A DNA stretch of 64,000 nucleotides, taken from positions 2,176,001-2,240,000 of the forward strand of contig OZ244065.1 in NCBI GenBank assembly GCA_965215505.1. Direction: 5' to 3'. This DNA comes from Capsulimonadaceae bacterium (GTDB taxonomy: Bacteria > Armatimonadota > Armatimonadia > Armatimonadales > Capsulimonadaceae). Each line of letters opens with the position of its first letter. The first letter of the stretch is position 1. Made by a program: the position numbers and the translations under genes. The notes below the pieces were generated by a model. That model made no database searches. It was not told where the DNA came from and saw nothing but the letters and a program-made list of their open reading frames with translations. Of the stretch, positions 55,370 through 64,000 are shown piece after piece.

Positions 55370-56800
55370 ATGATCCGAACCCGTGATCTTACGCGCCGCG
55401 ATTTCCTGAAGACCGCCAGCGCGGCAACGCTCGCCGCCCTGGCCGCAGGCTATCCGCGCGCCCTGCTGGCCGCCACGGAGCCGAAGATCGCGCCGGCGGC
55501 GGACGCGGTCATCGTCCTCTGGATGGCGGGCGGCATGGCCCACACCGAAACCTTCGATCCCAAGCGGTGTGCGCCGTTCACGCCGGGGATGCCTGCCAAC
55601 GCCGTCCTCAGCACGTTTCCGGCGATCCCGACGGCCGTAGACGGTATTCAGTTCTCGCAGGGATTGGAGAAGATCGGGGCGGTCATGGACCGGGGGACGG
55701 TCATCCGCTCCTACCGGGCGGGCGACCTGGGCTTCATCCTGCACTCCCGCCACCAGTACCAGTGGCATACGGGCTATGCGCCGCCCCAGACCGTCGCCGC
55801 GCCGCACCTCGGCGCGGTCATCGCCCGGACGCTCGGCCCCAAAGACCCCGCCGTCCCGCCCTTCATCAACATCGGGCAGCGCTTCGACCTGGGCGAAGGC
55901 GAGGAGCTGAAGGCGTTCACGACGGCAGGGTTTTTGGGCAGCGAGTTCGGCCCGTTCAACCTGCCCTTCCCCGACCAGGCCGCCGAGGCGGTGCGACCGC
56001 CGCACGGGATGACGCCTGGCCGGTTCGAGAGCCGGACGAAATTCTACAAGCGGCTCGTCGCCGACAGCCCTATCACCCAGGCCGGAAGCGACTACCAGCG
56101 TGAGTCGCTGCTGCGCTCGCTTGACAACTCCCACCGCCTCCTCAGCTCGCCCGCCGCCAAAGCCTTCGACCTCACCCTGGAGCCAAAGGCTTCCTATGAC
56201 ACCTACAACACGGGCCGCTTCGGGCAGGGCTGCCTCCTGGCCCGGCGGCTGGTCGAGTCGGGCGCGCGCTACGTCGAGGTGACGACCGAGTACATCCCGT
56301 TCCTCAACTGGGACACGCACGACAACGGACATACGCGCATGGCGGACCTCAAGAAGCAGATCGACGCCCCCGTCGCCCAGCTCATCCTGAACCTGGAACA
56401 GCGCGGCCTGCTCGACCGGACCTTGATCGTGCTGGCGAGCGAGTTCAGCCGCGACATGCTGACCGAGGGCAAGCCGGACCAGAAGGTCAAGGACCAGGTG
56501 ACGGTGCCGGACACCCTGACCGAGATGAAGCACTACGGGATGCACCGTCACTTCACCGACGCCGGCTCCGTCCTGCTCTTCGGCGGCGGCATCAAGAAAG
56601 GCCATGTCCACGGCAGGACGGCGGACGAGCGCCCCTGCAAGACCATCGAGAACCCCGTCGTCATCGAGGACCTGCACGCCACGATTTACCACGCGCTCGG
56701 CATCTCCCCCAAGCTCTCCTACCTCATCGAGAAGCGCCCCTTCTATGTGACGCACGACGGGGTCGGGGAGCCTGTCCGGGACGTTCTGGCGGAGGCATAG
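55370..56800 (+). CDS. DUF1501 domain protein (Tat signal)
   Basis: LTRRDFLK, GGMAHTETFDPK, WDTHDN, SEFSR. Confidence 0.9.
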   Translation: MIRTRDLTRRDFLKTASAATLAALAAGYPRALLAATEPKIAPAADAVIVLWMAGGMAHTETFDPKRCAPFTPGMPANAVLSTFPAIPTAVDGIQFSQGLEKIGAVMDRGTVIRSYRAGDLGFILHSRHQYQWHTGYAPPQTVAAPHLGAVIARTLGPKDPAVPPFINIGQRFDLGEGEELKAFTTAGFLGSEFGPFNLPFPDQAAEAVRPPHGMTPGRFESRTKFYKRLVADSPITQAGSDYQRESLLRSLDNSHRLLSSPAAKAFDLTLEPKASYDTYNTGRFGQGCLLARRLVESGARYVEVTTEYIPFLNWDTHDNGHTRMADLKKQIDAPVAQLILNLEQRGLLDRTLIVLASEFSRDMLTEGKPDQKVKDQVTVPDTLTEMKHYGMHRHFTDAGSVLLFGGGIKKGHVHGRTADERPCKTIENPVVIEDLHATIYHALGISPKLSYLIEKRPFYVTHDGVGEPVRDVLAEA

Positions 56801-56861
56801 GTCCCCCGCACGGCATCAAGCGCCGTGACCCTCCGGCTGCTTCCATACCCATGCGAGCGGC

Positions 56862-58199
56862 CTACTGCCTCCGCAGAATGAACCGGTTCCTGAACCGGTA
56901 ATCCGTTTGCCGCCTGGGGCGATATTCTTCCTGGATCGTCAGGGAGTTAGTCCCGAGCGTGAAACGCATCCGGACATCCGCATCCCGCCCCGGGCTCTTC
57001 CCCTGAAATGCGAACCCGCCCCGAAGCTTCACGAGTTCGCCCACGCCGGCCAGCCGGTGCGAACTCTGCGCCCCACCGTTCGTCACCGTGAACGTCCCCG
57101 CGCGCGCCCCGCCTGTGAATGTGGTGCGGTCCACGGCGGTGGACCCGGTGTAGGCGGCCACAAAGCTGAAGCCGTTCCCGCCGCCGAGGCTGCGGGCGGT
57201 CACGGTCGTCGGATAGGTGAAGTGCTGCCCCGTCCGGTCGTCGGCGTACTCCAGGCTGCCGCGCCAGGTGCCCTCAATCGTCTGGAACGCGCGGCGCTGC
57301 TCGCTCGGACTCATCCGGGGCGGGGGTAAAACACGCCAAACCTGGACGATGCCGACGAGAACCGCTAGGGCCACCACCAAAACAGCGAGCGGTCGGAGGG
57401 CCGACAAGAACAGGAGGAGCAGGGAGACCCGACGCACGGCGGCGGTGACTGATGGTATCCGGACCCCCGGCGGGGCGGCAGGAGGAGCCGAAAGCCGGTC
57501 GAGGAGGGCATCCGGCAGGGCGGACGCGCCGTGTTCCAGCAGCAAAGTAGCCAGCAAGGCGAGCGTGACGGCGACGCCGGCCCGGCTCAGGTGCGCCCGG
57601 ATCTTTGCCAATGACCTCTGGACACGCATCCGGGCGGTGTTCTCCGAGACGCCCAGGCCCGCGCCGACCTCGGCCAGACTCTGCTGCTGCATGAAGCGCA
57701 GCAGCACCGCCTCCCGGTCAGCCGGCTTGAGGCGGCCCAGGGCATCGTCCAAGTGCGGCTCGACCTGCTCCCAGAGCGGGTCGGCGGCGTCCTGTCGGAG
57801 GGCTTCCGAGGCGGCTTCTCGCACGGCGCGGGCTTCGTTCATCTGCCGTCGGCGCTCCTGTTTATGCAAGTTCCGGGAGACATGGCGCGAGGCGGTATAC
57901 AGCCAGTCGGCCAGCGTCTCGCGCTTTTCCAGGCGGTGTGCTTTTTCGCTCAGAAGCAGGAAGACCCCCTGCGCGGCGTCCTCCGCCAGCGTCGGATCAC
58001 CGATCTCGCGCAGGCACGTCGAGTAGACCAGACGGGCGTAGCGCCGCCGCAATTCGGCGAAGGCCGGCTGGGAGCGACCCGCCGCGTAGAGTCGCAGCAG
58101 ATCGCCGTCGCGCTTCCGGCGCAGGCCGGGGGTCTCGGCCCCTTTTCCCGTGCTGCCTTGTTGGGTCGTGTCCGGCGTGTTCATGTTCGATGAGTTCAT
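56862..58199 (-). CDS. ECF sigma-70 factor with transmembrane and extracytoplasmic C-terminal extension
   Basis: AEDAAQGVFLLL, WLY (region 2); DREAVLLRF..SLAEVG..LGVSE (region 4); then TM helix. Confidence 0.85.
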   Translation of the reverse strand: MNSSNMNTPDTTQQGSTGKGAETPGLRRKRDGDLLRLYAAGRSQPAFAELRRRYARLVYSTCLREIGDPTLAEDAAQGVFLLLSEKAHRLEKRETLADWLYTASRHVSRNLHKQERRRQMNEARAVREAASEALRQDAADPLWEQVEPHLDDALGRLKPADREAVLLRFMQQQSLAEVGAGLGVSENTARMRVQRSLAKIRAHLSRAGVAVTLALLATLLLEHGASALPDALLDRLSAPPAAPPGVRIPSVTAAVRRVSLLLLFLSALRPLAVLVVALAVLVGIVQVWRVLPPPRMSPSEQRRAFQTIEGTWRGSLEYADDRTGQHFTYPTTVTARSLGGGNGFSFVAAYTGSTAVDRTTFTGGARAGTFTVTNGGAQSSHRLAGVGELVKLRGGFAFQGKSPGRDADVRMRFTLGTNSLTIQEEYRPRRQTDYRFRNRFILRRQ

Positions 58200-58801
58200 G
58201 GCGTGATCGGGACAATGGCGCAGCCGAAGGACCGCCCGCCCTGGACGGCGACCGGCTTCCCGGCGGCGAGGCTGCGGAGGGCGTCCCGCAGCGGCGTCCT
58301 CCGGACGTGCGCCTCGTCCACGCTGTCATCCAGGCCGCCGTGATAGCGCAGCCGGCCGGCCTTATCAATGACGGCGAAGGTCAAGGATTGACGGACATCG
58401 AAGCGGGCGGCGACCTCGCCCCGGACATCATCCGCGAACGGCATCTTCAAATAGCTCGTCTCGGGCAGTGTGACCGGGGCCTCGGGGTGGAGTTTCTTGC
58501 CGCAGCGGACGCCGACGAACACGAACCCTTTGCCTTCAAAGTCCTGCTCCAGTTTTTGCAGGCGCGCTTTATAGAAATAGGTGATGCCGCACTGTTCGCT
58601 CAGGAAGAAGAGTACCAGATTTTTGCCGCCCTTCTGCCGGCTGAGGCTCATTGTCGCCTCTACGTGATCGGCGCGGATCTGCGGCAGCGTGATGTCCAGC
58701 GCGACCGGGGCGTTCAGCGCGGTGGGCATTGCCCAGGCCGGGGCCATGAGGCAGCAGGCGGCGACGGCAACCGCCGGGAAAACGCGGAAGTGTGTTTTCA
58801 T
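58196..58801 (-). CDS. Secreted redoxin/thioredoxin-fold protein
   Basis: SEQCG, LRYHGGLDD, LRDAL, FGCAI; ATGA overlaps at both ends. Confidence 0.75.
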   Translation of the reverse strand: MKTHFRVFPAVAVAACCLMAPAWAMPTALNAPVALDITLPQIRADHVEATMSLSRQKGGKNLVLFFLSEQCGITYFYKARLQKLEQDFEGKGFVFVGVRCGKKLHPEAPVTLPETSYLKMPFADDVRGEVAARFDVRQSLTFAVIDKAGRLRYHGGLDDSVDEAHVRRTPLRDALRSLAAGKPVAVQGGRSFGCAIVPITP

Positions 58802-60864
58802 TTTTGGCTCCATGAGAACATCCGAGGCAGGCCGTACTTCTTGCCGACGGCTTCAATGAGTTCGTTGCTGAGACGCCAGCTCATGATGCGGTTCTGCATC
58901 ACGACGACGCCGCAGCCATTCTGAAGGTCGGTCATGTGGTTGGCGTAGAATCCATACGAATCCCCGCCGTGAAAGAAGTAGTCCGTGTCCTCACTCTTGA
59001 TCAGGCCCAGCACTCGCTTTGGTCCGGCCACTCGCTGCCACAGATCGCGCCGCTCGGCGGGGAGAATCGCGTTCGGCTTCCCAGCCACGAGCAGATGCAT
59101 CTGGCCGAGCATCCGGGCGAAGTCCCCTGCGGTGGTCCAGAGGCCCGTCTCGCCCTGTTCGGGATAAACGTGGACCCCGTCCAGCATCAGCTCGCCGGTG
59201 GAGTAGTGGCCGAGCGCGGCGTTCACCGCAGGCAGTTCTTCGTAGGTGCTGTGGGTCATACCGCAGGGCAGGAAGATCTCTTCACGCATCAGGTCGGCGA
59301 AGGGCCTGCCGACCGCGTCCACGATCACCTGCTCCAGAACGGCCTGATCGACTCCCGCCCCCACAAAGGCTGTGCCTGGCTCCGACTTGACTTGGAGCGG
59401 CTCCATCTCCGCCGGGTCGGCCCCATGCAGGAGCGCGGCCAGCGTGGGCCGCGCCGCGCCGGGCCGATAGCCGGCGAACTTGTACTGGGTCAGCCCGCTG
59501 GTGCCGTTCAGCAGGTCCAGGACTTTGACCTGACGGTTTTTTGTGAAGTCATTGCCGGGGATCTTTGCCCCCTGGAGGTAGGCGTTCACGTCCCGGTCCA
59601 GATCCAGTCTACCCGACCCGGCCAGCCGCAGCGCGAGCAGGTTGACGAGCGGGCTGCCCATGCCTCCCGCCTGGAAGCGCGTGTCCTCGTCCACCGGCTC
59701 GCCGGTCTCGGTGCTCCTCACGCCGAACGCGCCGACCTCGGCGACGGTGCCGTCCTGGATGCGGGCGATGGAGACGGCGGGGACGTGGTAGAACCGCATC
59801 CGGTCGGCCAGCGTCCACCCCTTGCCATCAGCCATGATTTTCAGATCGCGGAAGCCCGGCCCCTGCGCCGTGCCGGGCGGGGCGGGCGCGAAGTCATCGG
59901 AGGGGCGTTTAGGCCGGCCATGGAAGGTGAGGGTGTCGTTCTTACCCACGAGACGGCCTCGCAGCGCGTCGCCGTCAAACACGGCTTCCCCGTCCCGCGC
60001 ACCGCATAGGGGATTGTCCGGCAGGTGGAACGTGAGCCTCTGGCCTTCGCGCCGGACATCGGCTGCGTTCAGCACTCCGGCCGCCGCGCGGAATGATGCC
60101 GTGGGCGGGTGGCTGTCGAGATCGAATGTGGCATCCACCTTGAGCGGGTCGTCGCGATCCGCGACCTCCGTTTTCCATGTCCTGGCGGTAGCCGCCGTAG
60201 CCTCACCGGCCGCTTTCGCCGGTTTGGGCGCATCCGGTTTGGGCACATAGTGGATGCCGACGCAGGAGACGCGGACCTCGACGGCGTCGGCGACCAGGTC
60301 CGTCGGGATGCCCGCGCTGATGCCGAGTTTGGTCCGGCTGACCTTGAAATGGGTGCGGAGGACGAGTACGTCGCCCTCGAACTGACCGTTCGTGCGCTCC
60401 GCCGCCCGGCCCGGAAAGAAGCTGGCCGTGACGGGGACGGTCATGGGGAGGGTGATCCCCTTGCAGACGAAGTCCGCCTGGACCATGCCCTGATAGACAT
60501 TGGGCGCGGGGTTCGTGACGGACAGGACTTTCTTGAGGATGAACGCGATGGTCGGGTACTTCTTGCCTTCCAGGGCGAACCCGCGCGCCGTCGCGGTATA
60601 GCCCTCGTTGGCGAACTGGACGCTGTCCACGGCGACCTCGATGCTCCCGACAGTCGCCTTCGGGTGGGCGGGGTCAAACCGCACCGTGCCGGAGATGCCT
60701 TTCGCGTAGCCGAAGATGGGTTCCAGATTGGAGTCAATCGTCAGGCTGACCGCGCTGATCTCCTTGGGGTCCTTGTAGTCGAATGTCATGCCTTCCGCCT
60801 CACTCCTCCGTGCCACCAGTAGGGCCAAGATCAGCCCGAACATCATCAGTGCCTCACATCGCAT
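58798..60864 (-). CDS. YceI domain + beta-lactamase/serine-hydrolase-fold fusion, probably inactive
   Basis: YceI-like N-terminus (ISGTVRFDP, YPTIAF, RTKLGI); C-terminal VPAVSIA, TRFQAG, GLWTTAGD, FFHGG. Confidence 0.75.
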   Translation of the reverse strand: MRCEALMMFGLILALLVARRSEAEGMTFDYKDPKEISAVSLTIDSNLEPIFGYAKGISGTVRFDPAHPKATVGSIEVAVDSVQFANEGYTATARGFALEGKKYPTIAFILKKVLSVTNPAPNVYQGMVQADFVCKGITLPMTVPVTASFFPGRAAERTNGQFEGDVLVLRTHFKVSRTKLGISAGIPTDLVADAVEVRVSCVGIHYVPKPDAPKPAKAAGEATAATARTWKTEVADRDDPLKVDATFDLDSHPPTASFRAAAGVLNAADVRREGQRLTFHLPDNPLCGARDGEAVFDGDALRGRLVGKNDTLTFHGRPKRPSDDFAPAPPGTAQGPGFRDLKIMADGKGWTLADRMRFYHVPAVSIARIQDGTVAEVGAFGVRSTETGEPVDEDTRFQAGGMGSPLVNLLALRLAGSGRLDLDRDVNAYLQGAKIPGNDFTKNRQVKVLDLLNGTSGLTQYKFAGYRPGAARPTLAALLHGADPAEMEPLQVKSEPGTAFVGAGVDQAVLEQVIVDAVGRPFADLMREEIFLPCGMTHSTYEELPAVNAALGHYSTGELMLDGVHVYPEQGETGLWTTAGDFARMLGQMHLLVAGKPNAILPAERRDLWQRVAGPKRVLGLIKSEDTDYFFHGGDSYGFYANHMTDLQNGCGVVVMQNRIMSWRLSNELIEAVGKKYGLPRMFSWSQK

Positions 60865-61051
60865 TCTGTCGTCTTCCCTCCTGTCGCTTGAAATACAGTG
60901 GGATATGTACGCCGACGGCGCAGACCGCACAGAATTGTGGGGGCGGACGGAATTATTTTCGGCGGCAAGGAATGTGCGTGGCGTATGGTTAATCGTGCAA
61001 GCGGTCGCGGACACCGCCCGTGCCGGCTTTTCTCGCAGAGGAGACAACACA

Positions 61052-63097
61052 TTGCCCGACACTTTGACCGCCGCCGAACTGGTCTCCAGCCGGTTCCGGC
61101 AGATCCACCTGGACTTCCACACGTCGCCCGAGATCCCCGATGTGGGCCGGGACTTCGACGCGGACGTATTCGGGGACACCCTGGCAGAAGCGCGCGTCAA
61201 CTGGGTGACGCTGTTCGGCAAGTGCCACCACGGCATGAGCTACTACCCGACGAAGGCCGGCGTCATGCACCCGAGCCTGAAGTTCGACCTCTTGGGGGCG
61301 CAGGTTGAGGCCTGCAAGCGGCGCGGGATCGCCGCCCCGGTGTACCTCTCGGTGCGGGTGGACCAGCACATGGGCCTGACGCGGCCCGACCTGATCTGCC
61401 GGCTCTCCGACGGAAGGCTGTGGGGGCCGAACGCGCACGAGGCGTCGTGGTATCAGGTCTGCATGAACAACGCCGAATATGTGGACTATCTGGCGGCGCA
61501 GACGGAAGAGGTCTTTTCGAACTACGACGCGGACGGCATCTTCTACGACATGTGCTACTACCCGCCGGACCCCGGCTGCTTCTGCGAGAAGTGCCTGGCG
61601 CGGCTGGAGAAGTCGGGGCATTCGCGGGATGACGCACAGGCGCACCGGCAGCAGACGTGGGAGATCATGCGCGAGTACACGACGCGGCTGGCGAAGCTGT
61701 GTCGTCAGCTCAAGCCGAACGCGACGACGTTCTTCAACGCCCGCATCAGCCCGAACGTCCACCGGGAGCTGGACGTGCTGACGCAGCTCGAGATCGAGTC
61801 GCTGACGACGGGCGGCTGGGGGTATCTCTTCTTCCCGGCCTGGTCCCGGCTGGTCCGCACCTACCCGCGCCCGATCCAGGGGATGACGGCGCGGTTCCAC
61901 AAGTCCTGGGCCGACTTCGGCGGGCTGAAGACCGTGCCGCAGCTCGGCTACGAGGCCGCGACGATCCTGGCGGCGGGGGGCGTGGTCAACATCGGCGACC
62001 AGCTCCACCCGCGCGGGACACTGGACCGAGGGGCGTACCAGGTGATCGGCGAGGTCTTCCGCCGGGTGGAGGCGATGGAGCCGTACTGCCTGGGTGCCGT
62101 CCCGCAGGCGGACATCACCGTCCTGCTGCTGCCCGAGGCGGCGTCGGTAGACCAGACGCACAAGGGGGGCATGAACATCGCCGCCGTCGGTCATTCCTTT
62201 GAGGGCGCGGCGGCGACGCTGGCGGCCCTGAAGCAGCAGTGGAACGGGGAGACGCCGGACCGGGACAACCTGGCGCGGTACAAGCTGGTCATCATCCCGG
62301 ACGGCGGCATCCTGGAAGAGGACATGCGGGCGAAGCTCGCGGCCTTCCGGGCGGGCGGCGGGGCCGTGCTGTTCTCGCACGAGGCGACGCTGGCGGGCGG
62401 GGCGTTCGCGCTGCCGGACTCGCCGGTCGAGTACGAGGGTCCTTGCCCGTACACGCCGTCCTACATGAAGCTGGGGGAGACGCTGGGGGCGGGCGAGCCG
62501 GACACCGAGTTCGTCAATTACCAGCCCGGCTCGTATGTGAAGCCTACGGCGGGGGCGGAGGCCTTGGGTGAGGTGTGGCGGCCCTACTTCAACCGGACGC
62601 CGGGGCACTTCTCGTCGCACGCCCAGACGCCCGTGGACAAGCCGACCGGGCACCCGGTCGCGGTGCTGTCGGCGGACCGCAGGACGGCCTACGTCTACGC
62701 GGCCCTGTTCAAAGGCTACCGCGAGGACGGCTTCTATCTGTACAAGGCCATGGCGGGGCGGCTGCTGGACGTCCTGCTGCCAGATCCGCTGGTACGGGCC
62801 GGGGCGAACGTCCCCGCCGCCATGGAGATCGCCGTTCTGCGTCAGGAGGCCGAGAACAGGCTGATCGTCCATCTGGTGAGCTTCCAGCCGCAGCGGCGGA
62901 TGGTGGCCAGCGAGTTCATCGAGGACGCCGTGGCCCTGCGCGACGTGTCGTTCGCCTTGCGGACCGAGGCGGCCCCGGCCCGCGTCTTCCTGGCCCCGTC
63001 GGGGGAGGCTCTGCCGTTCCGGCAGGAGGGCCGCTACTGCCGCGTCACGGTGCCGATCGTGCTGACCGCGCAGGCGGTCGTGTTCGAGGGCGTGTAG
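61052..63097 (+). CDS. GHL6-like glycoside hydrolase with beta-galactosidase trimerisation-type domain
   Basis: RQIHLDFHTSP, FGKCHHG.SYYPT, DGIFYD, RFHKSWADFG, IGDQLHP; TTG start after AGGAG. Confidence 0.8.
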   Translation: MPDTLTAAELVSSRFRQIHLDFHTSPEIPDVGRDFDADVFGDTLAEARVNWVTLFGKCHHGMSYYPTKAGVMHPSLKFDLLGAQVEACKRRGIAAPVYLSVRVDQHMGLTRPDLICRLSDGRLWGPNAHEASWYQVCMNNAEYVDYLAAQTEEVFSNYDADGIFYDMCYYPPDPGCFCEKCLARLEKSGHSRDDAQAHRQQTWEIMREYTTRLAKLCRQLKPNATTFFNARISPNVHRELDVLTQLEIESLTTGGWGYLFFPAWSRLVRTYPRPIQGMTARFHKSWADFGGLKTVPQLGYEAATILAAGGVVNIGDQLHPRGTLDRGAYQVIGEVFRRVEAMEPYCLGAVPQADITVLLLPEAASVDQTHKGGMNIAAVGHSFEGAAATLAALKQQWNGETPDRDNLARYKLVIIPDGGILEEDMRAKLAAFRAGGGAVLFSHEATLAGGAFALPDSPVEYEGPCPYTPSYMKLGETLGAGEPDTEFVNYQPGSYVKPTAGAEALGEVWRPYFNRTPGHFSSHAQTPVDKPTGHPVAVLSADRRTAYVYAALFKGYREDGFYLYKAMAGRLLDVLLPDPLVRAGANVPAAMEIAVLRQEAENRLIVHLVSFQPQRRMVASEFIEDAVALRDVSFALRTEAAPARVFLAPSGEALPFRQEGRYCRVTVPIVLTAQAVVFEGV

Positions 63098-63163
63098 TGC
63101 GGCGGACGTGCGGCGAAGGCGGAACCGTGCTATAATAGTGGTGCAATTAGAAAGGCACTACCA

Positions 63164-64000
63164 ATGTTCGTCCCGCGCACAAGCGGTTTCTCTCCTTCGG
63201 CCCCCGCGCTGACCAGGGCCTGTCTGAGCGGCGCGCTGCTGGCCGCGCTGCTCCTCGCCCAGACGCCCTCCGCGCGGGCGGTGGGGGCCTGGACCCCGCT
63301 CGCCAACCAGGCGCCGGAGGCGATCGGCACGATGCTTCTGCTGACGGACGGGACGGTCCTGGCCCAGGGCACGTCCGGCGTACACGACGACGGGGTCAGC
63401 GCCCACTGGTTCAGACTGACCCCGGACGCTTCGGGGAGTTACGCGAACGGCACCTGGACGCGGCTGGCCGACATGCACCACGGGCGTCTCTATTACGCCT
63501 CCGCCGTCCTGCGGAACGGCCAGGTCCTTGTGGCGGGCGGCGAGTACACTGAGGCCGGCTATGTGGACACCAACACGGCGGAAACCTATGACCCGGTGGC
63601 CGACGCCTGGACCGAGATCCTCGGGCCGCCCGGATGGGGCAGCATCGGCGACGCCCCGGTGAAGACCCTGTTCGACGGCACCGTCCTGCTTGGCAACATC
63701 TTCTCCGGCCAGACCGGGCTATACGACTACACGGCCAACACCTGGGCGGTGGGCGGGAGCGCGGCGGCCGTCAATGACGAGGCGAGCTGGGCGCTGCTGC
63801 CGGACCAGACGGTGCTGTCGCTAGACATCAGCCGAAGCCCGCTAGCCGAGAAGTACGTCCCCTCCCTCAAAGCCTGGGTCAGCGCCGGGCAGTCCCCCGT
63901 GAACGTGGTGCAGACCAGTTCCAATGAGATCGGTCCGGGCGTCCTGCTGGCCGACGGCCGGTGCCTCTTCATCGGCGCGACCGGCCACACCGCCCTGTAC
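63164..64000 (+). CDS. Secreted Kelch-repeat protein (3' end outside the window)
   Basis: Signal peptide, MLLLTDGTVL, LTPDASGSYANGTW, RLYYASAVLRNGQVLVAGGEY; open to the window end. Confidence 0.75.
   Translation, partial: MFVPRTSGFSPSAPALTRACLSGALLAALLLAQTPSARAVGAWTPLANQAPEAIGTMLLLTDGTVLAQGTSGVHDDGVSAHWFRLTPDASGSYANGTWTRLADMHHGRLYYASAVLRNGQVLVAGGEYTEAGYVDTNTAETYDPVADAWTEILGPPGWGSIGDAPVKTLFDGTVLLGNIFSGQTGLYDYTANTWAVGGSAAAVNDEASWALLPDQTVLSLDISRSPLAEKYVPSLKAWVSAGQSPVNVVQTSSNEIGPGVLLADGRCLFIGATGHTALY

Noticed and set aside
1-64000. Many long antisense or alternate-frame ORFs (e.g. 35317-37098, 55226-56755, 60989-62872)
   Set aside because: Shadow ORFs expected in GC-rich DNA; each overlaps a gene with clear family motifs.

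Overview
GC-rich bacterial chromosome segment. Armatimonadota is the likely source (inferred from the DUF1559/H-X9-DG prepilin-like protein, the DUF6785-like membrane protein and the Planctomycete-type PSD1/DUF1501 genes). Layout: (1) 1-4.3 kb, GH35 and GH53 galactan enzymes; (2) 4.5-18.8 kb, a minus-strand sugar operon with LacI-type operators: DUF1559, LacI, AKR, Zn-dehydrogenase, three DUF2961/GH172, GH116, DUF6785-like transporter, ASPIC/UnbV; (3) 19.6-34.7 kb, a mobile/defence block: tyrosine recombinase with a visible recombination site, type I R-M with an extended HsdS, an ABC-ATPase + HNH pair, patatin, a tRNA-Val 3' fragment (att-like) and a HEPN pair; (4) 34.9-42.3 kb, sugar ABC transporter, diguanylate cyclase, YhcG, AKR, DinB; (5) 42.3-45.9 kb, the most unusual part: a minus-strand locus of six tRNAs (Lys-TTT, Phe-GAA, Gly-GCC, Met-CAT, Asn-GTT, Arg-GCG), a stand-alone EF-G domain IV-V protein, a small ORF, a candidate structured RNA and rtcA, behind three leader-ORF/terminator/antiterminator modules that look like tandem ribosome-sensing attenuators; (6) 46-64 kb, PSD1/DUF1501 pairs with REPIN-like repeats, a sialate O-acetylesterase, a YceI/pseudo-beta-lactamase + redoxin + ECF operon, a GHL6-like hydrolase and a partial Kelch protein. 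All family calls come from motif recognition by eye; no searches were run.
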